64,000 bases of DNA from Syntrophales bacterium (GCA_963665615.2 CAXXQE010000008.1:806001-870000); one strand, 5' to 3'; shown: positions 1 through 10,954, numbered from the stretch's first letter. The notes: generated from the sequence alone by a model not told the origin. Made by a program: numbers and translations.

Positions 1-327
1 GTGACAATGGAGGACATCCTGGAGAGTCTCTTCGGCGATATCTACGACGAGCGGGATACGCGAGAAAAACTATATCACGCGATCAATGACCACACTTTTG
101 TCGTGTTGGGAATGATGACCATTGAACAATTCAACGAATTGGTCGGGGCGTCTCTGTCTTCCGAAGATTACGATACCCTTGGCGGCTATGTGCTGCACCT
201 GTTTGGAACGTTGCCCGCGAAGGGCCAAACGGTTTTTGATGCAACTCACAGTTACAGAGTTGAAAAGATGACAAAGGCCAGGATTGTGAGAGTTCGAGTT
301 TCGAAACGGGAGCCCTCAGATGGATAA
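1..327 (+). CDS. Hemolysin/CNNM-family protein, C-terminal part (CBS end + CorC_HlyC domain); 5' truncated by window edge
   Basis: EDILESLFGDIYDE and YDTLGGYV motifs of CBS-CorC transporter-associated proteins. Confidence 0.85.
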   Translation: MTMEDILESLFGDIYDERDTREKLYHAINDHTFVVLGMMTIEQFNELVGASLSSEDYDTLGGYVLHLFGTLPAKGQTVFDATHSYRVEKMTKARIVRVRVSKREPSDG

Positions 328-1627
328 TCCGGGAATGATGCTGATGCTGATTGTCGTCTGTCTGCTTCTCGAGGGATTATTTTCCGGAGGAGAGATGGCG
401 CTTGTAGCGGCGAATCTCAACAAGATCCGGTATCACGCGGGTCAGGGATCGCGTTCGGCAGCGCTCGTTTTAAAGTTTCTGGAAAAGCCCGAGTGGTTTT
501 TTGCCACGACGCTGACAGGAACGGATTTATGCATCATCATTGAATCGTCGTTGGCCACGACACTGTGCATTTCGCTGTTCGGTGGGGGAAAGGGCCAGGT
601 CGTTTCAGCGCTTGTCATGGTTCCGATCATCATTGTCTTCGGTGAAATTATTCCTAAGAGCCTTTTTCAGCAGCGTGCTGAATCGGTGGCCATGCGGATT
701 GTTTGGTTTATTCGGGCTGTGGCTTGGGTACTCTATCCCGTCGTTTTTATTATTTCCGGAATTTCGAGAATAACGCTTTCCGTGCTTGCAGACCGCCCCT
801 ACGGTTCCGGGCCGTCCTATATCACCAAAGAGGGGCTCAAGTTTCTTTTGAAGGACAGAACAGGCGCCAAGACGGATGTACGAGCTTCGGAAAAAGAGAT
901 GGTTGGGCGAATCCTCGATTTTTCCAGCGAAACGGTCGGCCATGTCATGGTTCCTTTGTCCAATGTGCGGGCCCTGGAGAAGGAAGTTCTCTTGAGTGAT
1001 GCTTTTTCGTTGATGAAGGGGAAATGGTTTTCGCGCATTCCAGTCTATGATAGAGAAATTTTCAACATCGTCGGCGTGCTGTATGGCTTTGATCTATTGA
1101 AGGTGTTGCCGACAGCGTTGAACGAGCCCATCGGCAAGTACGCCCGGGCCCCGGTGCATTTCGTTCCTGAGATGAAACGGGCCAGCGATTTGCTTATTGA
1201 GATGCAACGGCAGGGCGTGCAGTTGGCCGTTGTCGTTGACGAATATGGGGGCGCAACGGGGATCGTTACCATTGAAGATCTTTTGGAGGAGATCGTTGGG
1301 GAAATTGACGATGAATATGATCAGGAAAGACGGTGTCGCAAAATAGGGCCCGGGCGTTATGTGGTTGATGCAAAGATGAGGATTGAAACGGTTCGAGAGA
1401 TGCTTCAGGTTGAAATTCCAGATGGGAATTATGAAACATTGGGGGGCTTCCTGTTGGAACGCATGGGGAAGATTCCTAGAAAGGGAGAGCGCTTCAACGG
1501 GAACGATGCGCTTTACGTGGTGCAATCCGCGGATTCCAAGTCCATACGAGACGTGCTCGTGATGGTGTCCGCCAAAGTGACGGCGCAACTGGCCGATAAG
1601 GGAAAGAGTGGGGCAGATGAAAGATAA
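320..1627 (+). CDS. Hemolysin/CNNM-family protein (DUF21-CBS-CorC_HlyC)
   Basis: N-terminal TM region with FSGGEMAL and FGEIIPK; VVVDEYGGATGIVTIEDLLEEIVGEI; YETLGG. Confidence 0.9.
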   Translation: MDNPGMMLMLIVVCLLLEGLFSGGEMALVAANLNKIRYHAGQGSRSAALVLKFLEKPEWFFATTLTGTDLCIIIESSLATTLCISLFGGGKGQVVSALVMVPIIIVFGEIIPKSLFQQRAESVAMRIVWFIRAVAWVLYPVVFIISGISRITLSVLADRPYGSGPSYITKEGLKFLLKDRTGAKTDVRASEKEMVGRILDFSSETVGHVMVPLSNVRALEKEVLLSDAFSLMKGKWFSRIPVYDREIFNIVGVLYGFDLLKVLPTALNEPIGKYARAPVHFVPEMKRASDLLIEMQRQGVQLAVVVDEYGGATGIVTIEDLLEEIVGEIDDEYDQERRCRKIGPGRYVVDAKMRIETVREMLQVEIPDGNYETLGGFLLERMGKIPRKGERFNGNDALYVVQSADSKSIRDVLVMVSAKVTAQLADKGKSGADER

Positions 1628-2378
1628 CAGGGAGCGGAAGTTTGCGAGCATTATTTTAGCGGCCGGCAAGGGAACACGTATGAATTCTCCGTTGGCCAAG
1701 GTGATGCATCCGATTATGGGACGGCCTATGTTGTGGTATTCCATCCAATGTGCCAGACAAGCCGGAGCCGGTGACATTGTGGTCGTGGTGGGGCATCAGG
1801 CCGAGTTGGTCAAGGAGACAGTGGCCTCTGCCGGGGTGAAGTTTGCTGATCAGCTGGAGCAGCTAGGGACAGGACACGCCGTTTTGGTTACGCGCCCTTT
1901 TTTAAAAGGCTTTCAGGGAACGATTCTTATTCTCTGTGGCGATGTGCCCCTTCTGAAAGATGAAACCATTGAGGCGCTGAAGACCTATCATGCAACTGAA
2001 AAGGCAACATTGACAGTATTAACGACGCTCTTGAAAGACCCCAAAGGGTATGGGCGCATTATCAAGGATGCGCATCAGAACATTCTGAGAATTGTCGAGG
2101 AGCGGGATGCAACACCCGCCGAAAGAGAGGTTCGAGAGATCAACACGGGGATCTACTGCGTGGAGTCGGAATTTCTCTTCGATGCCATCGAAAAGATCGG
2201 CAATAAGAATGCGCAGCAAGAGTATTACCTGACAGATATCGTCGGCATTGCGGTCCGCCAGGGACAAGTGGCCAAGGCGTATATCGCGGCCGATCCGGAC
2301 GAGGTGATGGGAATCAATTCCCAGGAAGATTTAAGACGGGCGGAGGAATTGCTGCGTCGTGCATCTGTATCTGTATAA
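1617..2378 (+). CDS. GlmU-like uridyltransferase (N-terminal nucleotidyltransferase domain only)
   Basis: ILAAGKGTRM, QLGTGHAV, LCGDVPL, GYGRI, EINTGIY, QQEYYLTD, MGINS; ends at about 253 aa with no hexapeptide acetyltransferase domain; ATG 1617 preferred over GTG 1608. Confidence 0.85.
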   Translation: MKDNRERKFASIILAAGKGTRMNSPLAKVMHPIMGRPMLWYSIQCARQAGAGDIVVVVGHQAELVKETVASAGVKFADQLEQLGTGHAVLVTRPFLKGFQGTILILCGDVPLLKDETIEALKTYHATEKATLTVLTTLLKDPKGYGRIIKDAHQNILRIVEERDATPAEREVREINTGIYCVESEFLFDAIEKIGNKNAQQEYYLTDIVGIAVRQGQVAKAYIAADPDEVMGINSQEDLRRAEELLRRASVSV

Positions 2379-2415
2379 AAAAGCTCCCCGAAGCACGGTG
2401 GCTTTTGGGGAGCTT
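2377..2415 (-). terminator. Intrinsic terminator between convergent glmU-like and response regulator genes
   Basis: AAGCTCCCC...GGGGAGCTT stem preceded by an A-run on + (U-tail on -). Confidence 0.7.
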
Positions 2416-2453
2416 GAATGGGATTTCACAAAAAGTCAATGAGGGAGAAGGAC

Positions 2454-3086
2454 TCAGCCGAGTAGTTTATGTTGGATAGCGTAGTGGATGAGATCCGCAT
2501 TGCTTTTCATCTTCATTTTTTCAAGGATCCTGGCGCGGTAGGTGCTGATCGTCTTGACGCTAAGAGAAAGGTTTTCAGCAATTTCCTTTACTTTTTTCCC
2601 CGCAGCGATCATACACATGACTTGGTATTCCCGGTCTGAAAGATTTTCATGGGGGGTTTTCTGGTCATCACGTTCAAGAAATAGCGCCAGGTTTTCTGCG
2701 AGGGAGGGGCTAATGTATTTCCCGCCTTTGATTACTTTCCGGATTGCCTTGATGAGGTCATCAGGTGCGCTTTCCTTGGTCATGTAGCCTGCAGCGCCCG
2801 CCTTTAAAGCACGGACCGCATACTGATCTTCGGGATGGATACTAAGAATCAGAACCGGCAGTTTCGGTCGTTCGCTCCGAATTTCTTTCAGCGTGTCCAG
2901 TCCGCCCCGTCCCGGCATTGTAATGTCTAAGATGACAACATCCCAGTCATCATTCTGGACCAGATCGAGAACCTCTTGGGAGTTTTTCGCCTCCCCAAAC
3001 TCGCCCATGTCAGGTTCTTCCGTTAGGATCTGTTTGAGGCCTTGGCGCACAATGGGATGATCATCAGCGATGAGAATTTTAATCAT
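2454..3086 (-). CDS. NarL/UvrY-family response regulator (REC + LuxR HTH)
   Basis: ILIADDHPIVRQG, ILDITMPG, LSDREYQV...LSLSVKTISTYRARI. Confidence 0.93.
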   Translation of the reverse strand: MIKILIADDHPIVRQGLKQILTEEPDMGEFGEAKNSQEVLDLVQNDDWDVVILDITMPGRGGLDTLKEIRSERPKLPVLILSIHPEDQYAVRALKAGAAGYMTKESAPDDLIKAIRKVIKGGKYISPSLAENLALFLERDDQKTPHENLSDREYQVMCMIAAGKKVKEIAENLSLSVKTISTYRARILEKMKMKSNADLIHYAIQHKLLG

Positions 3087-3208
3087 GGATTCCTCCTTAC
3101 AAAAAAGCTAATACCTTTAAAGCACGTCACTATTTTACATGATATGATGCCTAAAAGCAAAAACTAATCTCGCACTTATAGTGCATCCACCGACTAATAT
3201 CAAGCCGC

Positions 3209-4558
3209 TTAACCGAGGTGTCTTTTGATGATATTTGCAAGGTCCTGAGCGATTTGGAGGCTCTCTTTTTTGGAGGGCCCTTCGACCATAACGCGACAGA
3301 TCGGTTGTGTCCCTGAATAGCGTACAAGAATGCGACCACGGCCTTCCAGCTTCTTCTCGGCAAGGTCCAACGCCTTTTGAATGGCAGAGACCTTTTCTAG
3401 CGCCTTCCGTTCCTTCACTTCAACATTTAGGAGACATTGGGGAAGCGTCGTCATGACCTTACTCAACTCGGAAAGTTTTTTCCCTTTTTTCTTGATGACA
3501 GCCAACACTTGAAGGGCCGCGAGGATGCCATCCCCTGTCGTTGCATGGTCCAGAAAAATCAGATGGCCAGATTGCTCTCCACCGAAGTTGAAGCCCCGCT
3601 TCTTCATCTCCTCGAGAATATACCGATCGCCCACCTGGGTTTTCACAACGCGAATACCCGCCTCGCGCATGGCGATATCCAGGCCCATGTTGCTCATGAC
3701 CGTAGCGACCAGGGTATTCTTTTTTAGCTTTTTTTCTTCTTTCAAATGAATTGCGCAGATAGCCATGACGTGATCGCCGTCAATCTGACGACCGGCTTCA
3801 TCCGCGAAGATGACGCGATCGGCGTCGCCGTCAAGCGCAATTCCGATATCGGCGCGCTGTGCCCGAACGGCCTCGGCGATGACTTCGGGATGCATGGCGC
3901 CGCACTGACGGTTGATGTTTATGCCATCGGGTGCATTATGGATGGCGACCACCTCTGCCCCGAGCTCCTCAAGCACAATGGGCGCTACTTTGTAACCGGC
4001 ACCATTGGCGCAATCCAGGACAATCTTCAGCCCACTGAGATCCAGGTCGCTAGGGAAGGAATTTTTGATATCGACGACGTAGCGCCCATCGGCATGGTTG
4101 ATATAGGTCACATGGCCGACGGCCTCCCCGGTTGGCAGCGCGCCGCCTAGTTTCTCGGTGTCGATGAGCGCTTCAATCCTTTCCTCAATTTCGTCCGGCA
4201 GCTTCATGCCGTCTGCTGAAAAGATTTTTATACCATTGTCGTAGAAGGGATTATGGGAAGCGGATATCATCATGCCGGCGTCGGCCCGCATGTTGGTGGT
4301 CAGAAAGGCAATGGCCGGTGTCGGGAGAGTGCCGACACGGATTACGTCAACGCCCATCGAGCAAATACCGGCCACAAGGGCGTTCTCGATCATGGGGCCG
4401 GAGAGTCGCGTATCCCGCCCGACCAAGATCTTGTGTCTTCTGTCTTTATTCCTAAAGATATATGCGGTTCCCCGCCCGATCTGCATGGCCATTTCCGGTG
4501 TCATGGGATGAACGTTGGCCATCCCTCTGATTCCATCGGTTCCGAATAATTCTCTCAT
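3209..4558 (-). CDS. glmM: Phosphoglucosamine mutase
   Basis: [32 protein letters not shown]; start trimmed to MRELFGTDG at 4558. Confidence 0.95.
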   Translation of the reverse strand: MRELFGTDGIRGMANVHPMTPEMAMQIGRGTAYIFRNKDRRHKILVGRDTRLSGPMIENALVAGICSMGVDVIRVGTLPTPAIAFLTTNMRADAGMMISASHNPFYDNGIKIFSADGMKLPDEIEERIEALIDTEKLGGALPTGEAVGHVTYINHADGRYVVDIKNSFPSDLDLSGLKIVLDCANGAGYKVAPIVLEELGAEVVAIHNAPDGININRQCGAMHPEVIAEAVRAQRADIGIALDGDADRVIFADEAGRQIDGDHVMAICAIHLKEEKKLKKNTLVATVMSNMGLDIAMREAGIRVVKTQVGDRYILEEMKKRGFNFGGEQSGHLIFLDHATTGDGILAALQVLAVIKKKGKKLSELSKVMTTLPQCLLNVEVKERKALEKVSAIQKALDLAEKKLEGRGRILVRYSGTQPICRVMVEGPSKKESLQIAQDLANIIKRHLG

Positions 4559-4791
4559 ATTCCTTTTGGCCTTCCACGGTTTTGCTATAGATAGAATAAG
4601 ATGTGCATCCTTAACATGCCTTTCGGTTTTATTAAAGAATTTTTCCGGACAACGTGGTAAAAGAGGCACTGTGGATACGGTTCCAGATAAAAAAGGGTCA
4701 GCGTTTTTCGACAAAGACCACGGTTGTAAGCAACTGCAATGTCTCTTCCGTATGTTGTTATCCGGGTCAACCAGTGTGTTTTAACTGTATT

Positions 4792-5763
4792 ATGAAAATC
4801 GGTTGTTTGCATATAAACGGTAACTTGTTTTTAGCCCCCATGGCAGGGATAACAGATGCACCTTTGAGGTCTCATTATAGGGACTATGGCTGTGCTCTGT
4901 GCTTTACTGAAATGATCAGTTCAGAGGGTCTTGTACGCGGGGCAAAGAAAACCCTTCGATATCTTGAGCGATTCGATAACGATACCCCTTTTGCGGTTCA
5001 GCTGTTCGGATCGGATCCGTCGGTGATTGCGGCGGCGGCGCAGTTAGCCGTTGAGAAGGGCGCTCAACTCATCGATATCAATATGGGATGCCCTGCAAGA
5101 AAAATTATCAAAAATGGTGCCGGATCGGCTTTGATGCGAAGTCCCGATAAAGTTAAGGCGATTTTGAAGCATGTCCGAGCATCGGTTAATGTTCCGCTGA
5201 CTATTAAAATTCGATCGGGGTGGAAAAGTGAGATGAATGCGGCACAGATCGCCGTTCTTGCACAAGAACAGGGGGTTGATGCCGTTATTGTGCATCCGCG
5301 GACAGTCGAACAGGGGTTTACTGGTCGATCTGATTGGCAACTTATTAAAAAAATTAAGCAAAATGTAAGTATGCCAGTTATTGGTAACGGCGATATCGTT
5401 ACGGCTGCTGATGCCTTGGCCATGCTGTCCACAACAGGGTGCGATGCTGTCATGATCGGGCGAGGTGCCATCGGCTGCCCTTGGATATTTCGCCAAATTC
5501 CGGTGCTGAAAAAAACCGGTTCGGTATTGTCAGTTCCCGATTTTATCGATCGCAGAGCGGCGATTATGGGGTATACACATAAAATGCTCGATTATTACGG
5601 TCCTTCTGGGGTAATGCACTTGCGGATCCGGTTGTCTTGGTATGCAAAAGGCTTGAACGGCGCCGCGCACTTTCGAAAGCGGCTTCTTGAGAGTAAAGAT
5701 CATGGAGAAGTGATGTGCGTTGTCCATCAATTCTTTGGTGCCGAAGAAGACCTTCCTAAATAA
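4792..5763 (+). CDS. dusB: tRNA-dihydrouridine synthase (DusB/NifR3 type)
   Basis: LAPMAGITD, DINMGCP, GAGSALM, VHPRT, GNGDI, VMIGRG; start trimmed to ATG 4792. Confidence 0.9.
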   Translation: MKIGCLHINGNLFLAPMAGITDAPLRSHYRDYGCALCFTEMISSEGLVRGAKKTLRYLERFDNDTPFAVQLFGSDPSVIAAAAQLAVEKGAQLIDINMGCPARKIIKNGAGSALMRSPDKVKAILKHVRASVNVPLTIKIRSGWKSEMNAAQIAVLAQEQGVDAVIVHPRTVEQGFTGRSDWQLIKKIKQNVSMPVIGNGDIVTAADALAMLSTTGCDAVMIGRGAIGCPWIFRQIPVLKKTGSVLSVPDFIDRRAAIMGYTHKMLDYYGPSGVMHLRIRLSWYAKGLNGAAHFRKRLLESKDHGEVMCVVHQFFGAEEDLPK

Positions 5764-5848
5764 GGTCTTGACTTTTTTATGAGAATTTCATAACTTGGTA
5801 AATTAGATACTATTGAAAATATTCCTTAAGAAAGGATCATAGCGCGAA

Positions 5849-6079
5849 GTGGAGTTAGTCAAGTTTTCGGAGTTGGAAGACCGGATTAAGAGTTTAATTG
5901 AGGGATATTCTTTGCTGAAGGAAAAAAATCAGCAGCTGGAAGTGTTGTTGGAACAAAAAGAAGGTGCTTTGAGTCAGGCGGATGGTGAAATTAAAAAGCT
6001 TCGTGAGGAAAAAGATGCCGTGCGAGCCAAGATCGATTCACTGCTTGGCATGATGCAAGACGTTAGTTTTCCGAAGTGA
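5849..6079 (+). CDS. zapB: Cell division protein ZapB-like coiled coil
   Basis: 76-aa heptad coiled coil directly upstream of zapA. Confidence 0.7.
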   Translation: MELVKFSELEDRIKSLIEGYSLLKEKNQQLEVLLEQKEGALSQADGEIKKLREEKDAVRAKIDSLLGMMQDVSFPK

Positions 6080-6097
6080 ATGACGAGGTAGTGTTGC

Positions 6098-6379
6098 TTG
6101 AAAAAGCGCTTTAAAGTAAAAATTCTGGGACAGGAGTTTTCTGTTTTAAGTGACTCAGGGGATGATCATCAGGTTGAAAAAGTTGTAGCGTATGTCAATG
6201 GTAAGGCTGAGGAGCTTGCTGAAGCGGCAAAAAGCGCAACGACCTTGAATATAGCCATTTTGGTCGCATTAAATATTGCCGACGAGTTTCTAAGATTTAA
6301 AGGCGAAAAAGAGGTTTTTCTCAGTCAGCTTGAAAACAAATCAGACGCGTTAATAAGTTATATTGAAGAAAAGATGTAG
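6098..6379 (+). CDS. zapA: Cell division protein ZapA
   Basis: VKILGQEF...VAYVN...IAILVALNIADE pattern; zapA-6S-rny synteny. Confidence 0.9.
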   Translation: MKKRFKVKILGQEFSVLSDSGDDHQVEKVVAYVNGKAEELAEAAKSATTLNIAILVALNIADEFLRFKGEKEVFLSQLENKSDALISYIEEKM

Positions 6380-6387
6380 GTAAGGTT

Positions 6388-6570
6388 ATCCCCTGCGATG
6401 TTCGTGATTAATTTTTATTTCTTTGAGCCAACACAATTAAAACGGGAGCTTTGCCTTGTTTGTGGTGAGCATGGCTGTCATAAGATGACAGAAAGCCTAA
6501 AGCAAACAGTGAAGCGCCCACCTTTTGCTAAGGTTCAAAAGGGTTATTAACACGGCATAGGCGGGGGAGC
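6388..6570 (+). ncRNA. ssrS: 6S RNA
   Basis: About 180 nt right after zapA; closing stem TCCCCTGC...GCGGGGGA; internal pairs TTGAGCC/GGTTCAA and TGTTTG/CAAACA; canonical position. Confidence 0.85.
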
Positions 6571-6769
6571 TTTATTCGTTCGGTGGTTTTACGAGCCAGC
6601 CGGCCTTTCTGATTATTGTCAAAACGGCCATCCTCTTCTCATCCGTCAATATCTTAACCTCGAACAGGCAAAAGCGTTTTCATTGACAACTGCATTACTT
6701 GTGACCTTTCTGTGCGGTCGTTTTATTAAACGCACAAGATAGGCATCTCTGCTGGGGAGGTAGGGTAAT

Positions 6770-8323
6770 TTGCTAGTAGAATATATCATAGGTGCTTCTC
6801 TGGTTTTAGGCTGGTTTGCCGGCTATCTAGTTCATAAAATCCAAGTGCAGAAAAAAATTGGTTCTTCTCAGAGCCTTTCTACCCGCATCATTGATGAGGC
6901 AAGGAAGGAAGCGGAGAGCATTAAGAAAGAAGCTGTTTTGCAGGCTAAAGACTATTTGCTGCAGGCTACGACAGATTTTGAGCGGCAGTCTAAAGAGCGC
7001 AAGGCGGAACTGGATTTGTTGGAAAAGAAGATCCGGTCTAAAGAAGAAAATCTGGAGCGTCGGGTTGATCTTTTGGTCCAAAAAGAGGGTAACATTGAAG
7101 GGCGAGAGAAGGGCCTTTCGCAGAAAGAGGCCCAGGTATCCGAGAAACATAAAAAGCTTGCCGACCTGATCGAGGAACAGCGGCGCCAATTGGAGCGCGT
7201 GGCCGGGATTACATCGGAAGAAGCCAAGCAGGTTTTAATTCAATCCATGGAGGCCGATGCCAAGCGAGATGCAGTTGCATTGATACGCAAGGCAGAGGAG
7301 GAGGCCCGACGAACTTGCGACAAGAAGGCAAGTGAGATTATTGCGTATGCTATCCAGCGCTACGCCAGTGACTTTGTCGCGGAGAACACCGTTTCGGTTG
7401 TAAACCTGCCGACGGACGAGATGAAGGGGCGGATCATCGGTCGAGAAGGGCGAAACATCAAGGCCATCGAGGCTGCGACAGGCATTGATCTAATCATTGA
7501 CGATACGCCGGAAGCCGTGGTCCTATCGAGCTTTGATCCGATCCGACGCGAGGTCGCGCGAATCTCGCTGGAACGACTTATTAGCGACGGACGCATTCAC
7601 CCGGGTCGTGTGGAAGATGTTGTAAAGAAGGTTAAGGCCGAGGTTGATGGCATTATTCGGGAGACGGGAGAAAAGGCGTCTTTTGATGTCGGTGTTCACG
7701 ATATCCACCCCGAAATTATCGACTTACTCGGTCGGTTGAAATACCGAACGAGCTTTTCTCAGAATGTTCTTCAGCACTCCATAGAGGTCGCACATTTAAC
7801 CGGCATTATGGCGGCGGAATTGGGGCTGAATATCAAGGAGGCAAAGCGAGCCGGTCTTCTGCACGATATCGGCAAGGCTATTGATCACAAGGTCGAAGGA
7901 ACGCATGCGGCTATCGGCGCAACCTATGCCAAACGGTTCGGTGAGAGTGAGCGCATTGTCCAGGCAATAGCGACGCACCATGATGACGGTCGAACCAATA
8001 CCTTGCTTGGTGTTTTAGTGCAGGCAGCTGATTCCCTTTCGGCGGCCCGACCGGGAGCCCGTCGGGAGATGCTGGAAGCCTATGTCAAGCGTTTGGAAGA
8101 ATTGGAAAAGATTGCTAACTCCTTTCGTGGTGTCGAGAAGAGTTTTGCAATTCAGGCGGGTAGAGAAATTCGGATTATGGTCGAGAGCGACAAGGTATCA
8201 GACAACGATACTGTCATCATCTGCCGTGATATCATCAAGAAGATTGAGTCCGAACTAACTTACCCTGGCCAGATCAAGGTCACAGTTCTGCGAGAGGTGC
8301 GTGTAACGGATTACGCGAAATAA
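6770..8323 (+). CDS. rny: Ribonuclease Y
   Basis: N-terminal TM helix, coiled coil, KH ([13 protein letters not shown]), HD (LLHDIGK), RPGAR. Confidence 0.96.
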   Translation: MLVEYIIGASLVLGWFAGYLVHKIQVQKKIGSSQSLSTRIIDEARKEAESIKKEAVLQAKDYLLQATTDFERQSKERKAELDLLEKKIRSKEENLERRVDLLVQKEGNIEGREKGLSQKEAQVSEKHKKLADLIEEQRRQLERVAGITSEEAKQVLIQSMEADAKRDAVALIRKAEEEARRTCDKKASEIIAYAIQRYASDFVAENTVSVVNLPTDEMKGRIIGREGRNIKAIEAATGIDLIIDDTPEAVVLSSFDPIRREVARISLERLISDGRIHPGRVEDVVKKVKAEVDGIIRETGEKASFDVGVHDIHPEIIDLLGRLKYRTSFSQNVLQHSIEVAHLTGIMAAELGLNIKEAKRAGLLHDIGKAIDHKVEGTHAAIGATYAKRFGESERIVQAIATHHDDGRTNTLLGVLVQAADSLSAARPGARREMLEAYVKRLEELEKIANSFRGVEKSFAIQAGREIRIMVESDKVSDNDTVIICRDIIKKIESELTYPGQIKVTVLREVRVTDYAK

Positions 8324-8436
8324 AAAAGATAGGCGCTAGACATTAGATTTTAGATGTCCGGCTTTGAGGAACGCAATCTTCCTTTGGGGGATAACGTCTT
8401 TTGTTTTTTCTGAAGTCTAAAGTCTGATTACACATT

Positions 8437-9222
8437 ATGAAAATTTTATTTATCGGGGATATTGTTGGAAAACCGGGGAGGAGAGCGGTTCGTGAGCTCC
8501 TCCCCAAGTTCATTGCAGAGCGGGGTATCGATCTGGTGATTGCCAACGGCGAAAATGCTGCAGGTGGATTTGGTCTGACGCCCGAAATTGCTCAGGAGCT
8601 CTTTGAGGATCACATCGACATCATTACATCCGGCAATCACATATGGGATAAAAAGGGGTTTGAAGATTGCATTGGTGTCTATGACCATTTGCTTCGTCCT
8701 GCCAATTATCCCGATACAGCCCCTGGTAGAGGATATGTCCTTTATCCGAAAAATACGGGAGGGGCTGTTGCTGTCGTTAATCTTATGGGGCGCGTCTTCA
8801 TGCCCCTTGTTGATTGTCCCTTCAGATGCATCGATCAGTTGTTGGAGTCGATCCGTTCCAAAACAAATATGGTCATTGTAGATTTTCACGCAGAAGCGAC
8901 TTCTGAAAAGCAAGCCTTAGCCTGGTATCTGGATGGGAGGGTTAGCGCGATTATTGGAACCCATACGCACGTCCAGACGGCCGATGAACGTATGCTGCCC
9001 CGGGGCACAGCGTTTATTTCAGATGCGGGCATGACAGGTTCCATGGACTCCGTACTCGGCATTTCTGTGGAAGATGCGACCAAAAGATTCCTCACCGGAA
9101 TTCCTTATAAGTTTGAAGTGGCCAAGAAGAATGTCTGGCTACAAGGTGTTTTGCTGGATGTGGATGACGCAACGGGGCGCAGCGACTGCATTGAGCGAAT
9201 CAGTATCAAGGTTAAGGAGTAA
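8437..9222 (+). CDS. ymdB: YmdB-family metallophosphoesterase
   Basis: FIGDIVGKPGR, NGEN, GNHIWD, DFHAEATSEK, GTHTHVQT. Confidence 0.92.
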   Translation: MKILFIGDIVGKPGRRAVRELLPKFIAERGIDLVIANGENAAGGFGLTPEIAQELFEDHIDIITSGNHIWDKKGFEDCIGVYDHLLRPANYPDTAPGRGYVLYPKNTGGAVAVVNLMGRVFMPLVDCPFRCIDQLLESIRSKTNMVIVDFHAEATSEKQALAWYLDGRVSAIIGTHTHVQTADERMLPRGTAFISDAGMTGSMDSVLGISVEDATKRFLTGIPYKFEVAKKNVWLQGVLLDVDDATGRSDCIERISIKVKE

Positions 9223-9289
9223 AGTGACGGCGCATCTCACAATGCGCACTTGGTGAGATGACAGACCGAACGCGGGCAGGAGAGCCAGT

Positions 9290-10588
9290 ATGAAAAGTGT
9301 CCTCGATATCTTTCAGGAACGGGGCTTTATTGAGCAGGTTACGGATGAGAGGCAAATTCAGCAAGTTCTCGAGGACGGTCCGGTAACGTGTTATATAGGT
9401 TTTGATCCAACGGCCTCTAGCCTTCATGTCGGCAGTCTCGTTCCTATTATGGCCTTGGCGCACATGCAGCAATGCGGTCATCGGCCGATCGCGTTGGTTG
9501 GTGGCGGCACGGCGCTGATCGGCGATCCGAGCGGTAAGACGGAGATGCGCCAGATCCTCACGCGGGAACAGGTGGATTTCAATGCCCAGGGTCTCAAACG
9601 GCAACTCTCCCGGTACATCGATTTTAGAGAGGACGGGGCGCTTCTGCTCAACAACGCCGACTGGCTGACACGTCTCAACTACATCGAGTTCCTGCGCGAT
9701 ATCGGCCGTTGCTTCAGCGTCAACCGGATGTTGGCGGCGGAAAGCTACCGTATTCGCCTTGAGTCAGGGCTCAATTTTATCGAGTTCAACTACATGCTGT
9801 TGCAGGCCTACGACTTCTGGCATCTCTTTAAGCATCACGGTTGCCAGATGCAAATGGGGGGCGGCGATCAGTGGGGAAACATCGTAGCCGGGATCGATCT
9901 CGTTCGCAGGCTGGAAGGTAAGCAGGCTTACGGCATCACGTTTCCGCTCATCACCACCTCATTGGGGCACAAGATGGGCAAGACCGAGAAGGGAACGATT
10001 TGGCTCGATGCGGCGCTCACATCTCCATATGACTATTACCAATTCTGGGTCAATGTATCTGATGCGGATTTGAAGCGCTTTCTGGCGCTCTTTACTTTTC
10101 TGCCAATGGACGAGATTGCCGCGGTCGACGGATTGCGCGACGCGCAGCTCAATATGGCCAAGGCCGTTCTGGCGTACGAGGCCACCTGTATCACGCACGG
10201 CGAGGAAGCGGCTGTTGCCGCTTGGAAGTCGTCGGTAGCTGCATTCAATCTGAAGGCGGTTGCCAAGGATATTCTGCCTTCAAGCGGGATTCCCAGAGAA
10301 TCGCAGTCGGTCGATAATTCCGCCCTTTTCAGCGTTGATAAAACCATAGCCGAACTTGAAGAAGGGATTCCTGCATATGCGCTTTTTGTCGAGGCGCGGC
10401 TCTGCGCCTCCAAGGGGGAGGCCAGGCGGGTCATTGCGCAGGGGGGCGGTTATGTGAATGATCGCCAGATCGCTGCCTTTGACGAGCGAATCCGTCTTTC
10501 AGATTTTCTTGACGAATCAACCGTTTATCTGCGCAAGGGCAAAAAAAATTATGCCTTGCTAAAAAAAATAAACAAATTACTTGACTGA
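9290..10588 (+). CDS. tyrS: Tyrosine--tRNA ligase
   Basis: YIGFDPTASSLHVGS (HIGH-like), QMGGGDQWGNI, KMGKT (KMSKS-like), C-terminal S4 domain. Confidence 0.96.
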   Translation: MKSVLDIFQERGFIEQVTDERQIQQVLEDGPVTCYIGFDPTASSLHVGSLVPIMALAHMQQCGHRPIALVGGGTALIGDPSGKTEMRQILTREQVDFNAQGLKRQLSRYIDFREDGALLLNNADWLTRLNYIEFLRDIGRCFSVNRMLAAESYRIRLESGLNFIEFNYMLLQAYDFWHLFKHHGCQMQMGGGDQWGNIVAGIDLVRRLEGKQAYGITFPLITTSLGHKMGKTEKGTIWLDAALTSPYDYYQFWVNVSDADLKRFLALFTFLPMDEIAAVDGLRDAQLNMAKAVLAYEATCITHGEEAAVAAWKSSVAAFNLKAVAKDILPSSGIPRESQSVDNSALFSVDKTIAELEEGIPAYALFVEARLCASKGEARRVIAQGGGYVNDRQIAAFDERIRLSDFLDESTVYLRKGKKNYALLKKINKLLD

Positions 10589-10608
10589 AATAAAAATCAT
10601 GGTATAAC
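10581..10608 (+). promoter_or_regulatory. Candidate rrn sigma70 promoter (upstream)
   Basis: TTGACT-N16-TATAAC, overlapping the tyrS stop codon. Confidence 0.6.
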
Positions 10609-10954
10609 CCTGCCTTCTTCGTTGTTGGAAGGCAACTGGTTCTTTTACAGAGTGACGCTTATTTTTCACTTGACCATATAGGGTAGAGAGTGTAATCTAA
10701 ATGTCACGCTTTATGTAGCTCTTTACATGGATGCTCGATGTTCATATGGGTATTCGTTCAATAGTGTTATATCACAAATCGTAAGTCGGTCGGCTCTATG
10801 GCTGTCCGATACTGCAATGAAACTTCAAATTCCCCCTCAGGTGTGAGAATCTGAATTAACGGCGAACGTTGTTTGCTTTTGGGAGAGTTGAGGCGTCTGG
10901 AGGAGATGATTTTTCTCAAATCCGGTGCGCGAAGTTTTTTTGATTAAAAAGTTA

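Noticed and set aside
9223..9289. T-box riboswitch upstream of tyrS
   Set aside because: The intergenic gap is only 67 bp, with no T-box motif or terminator.
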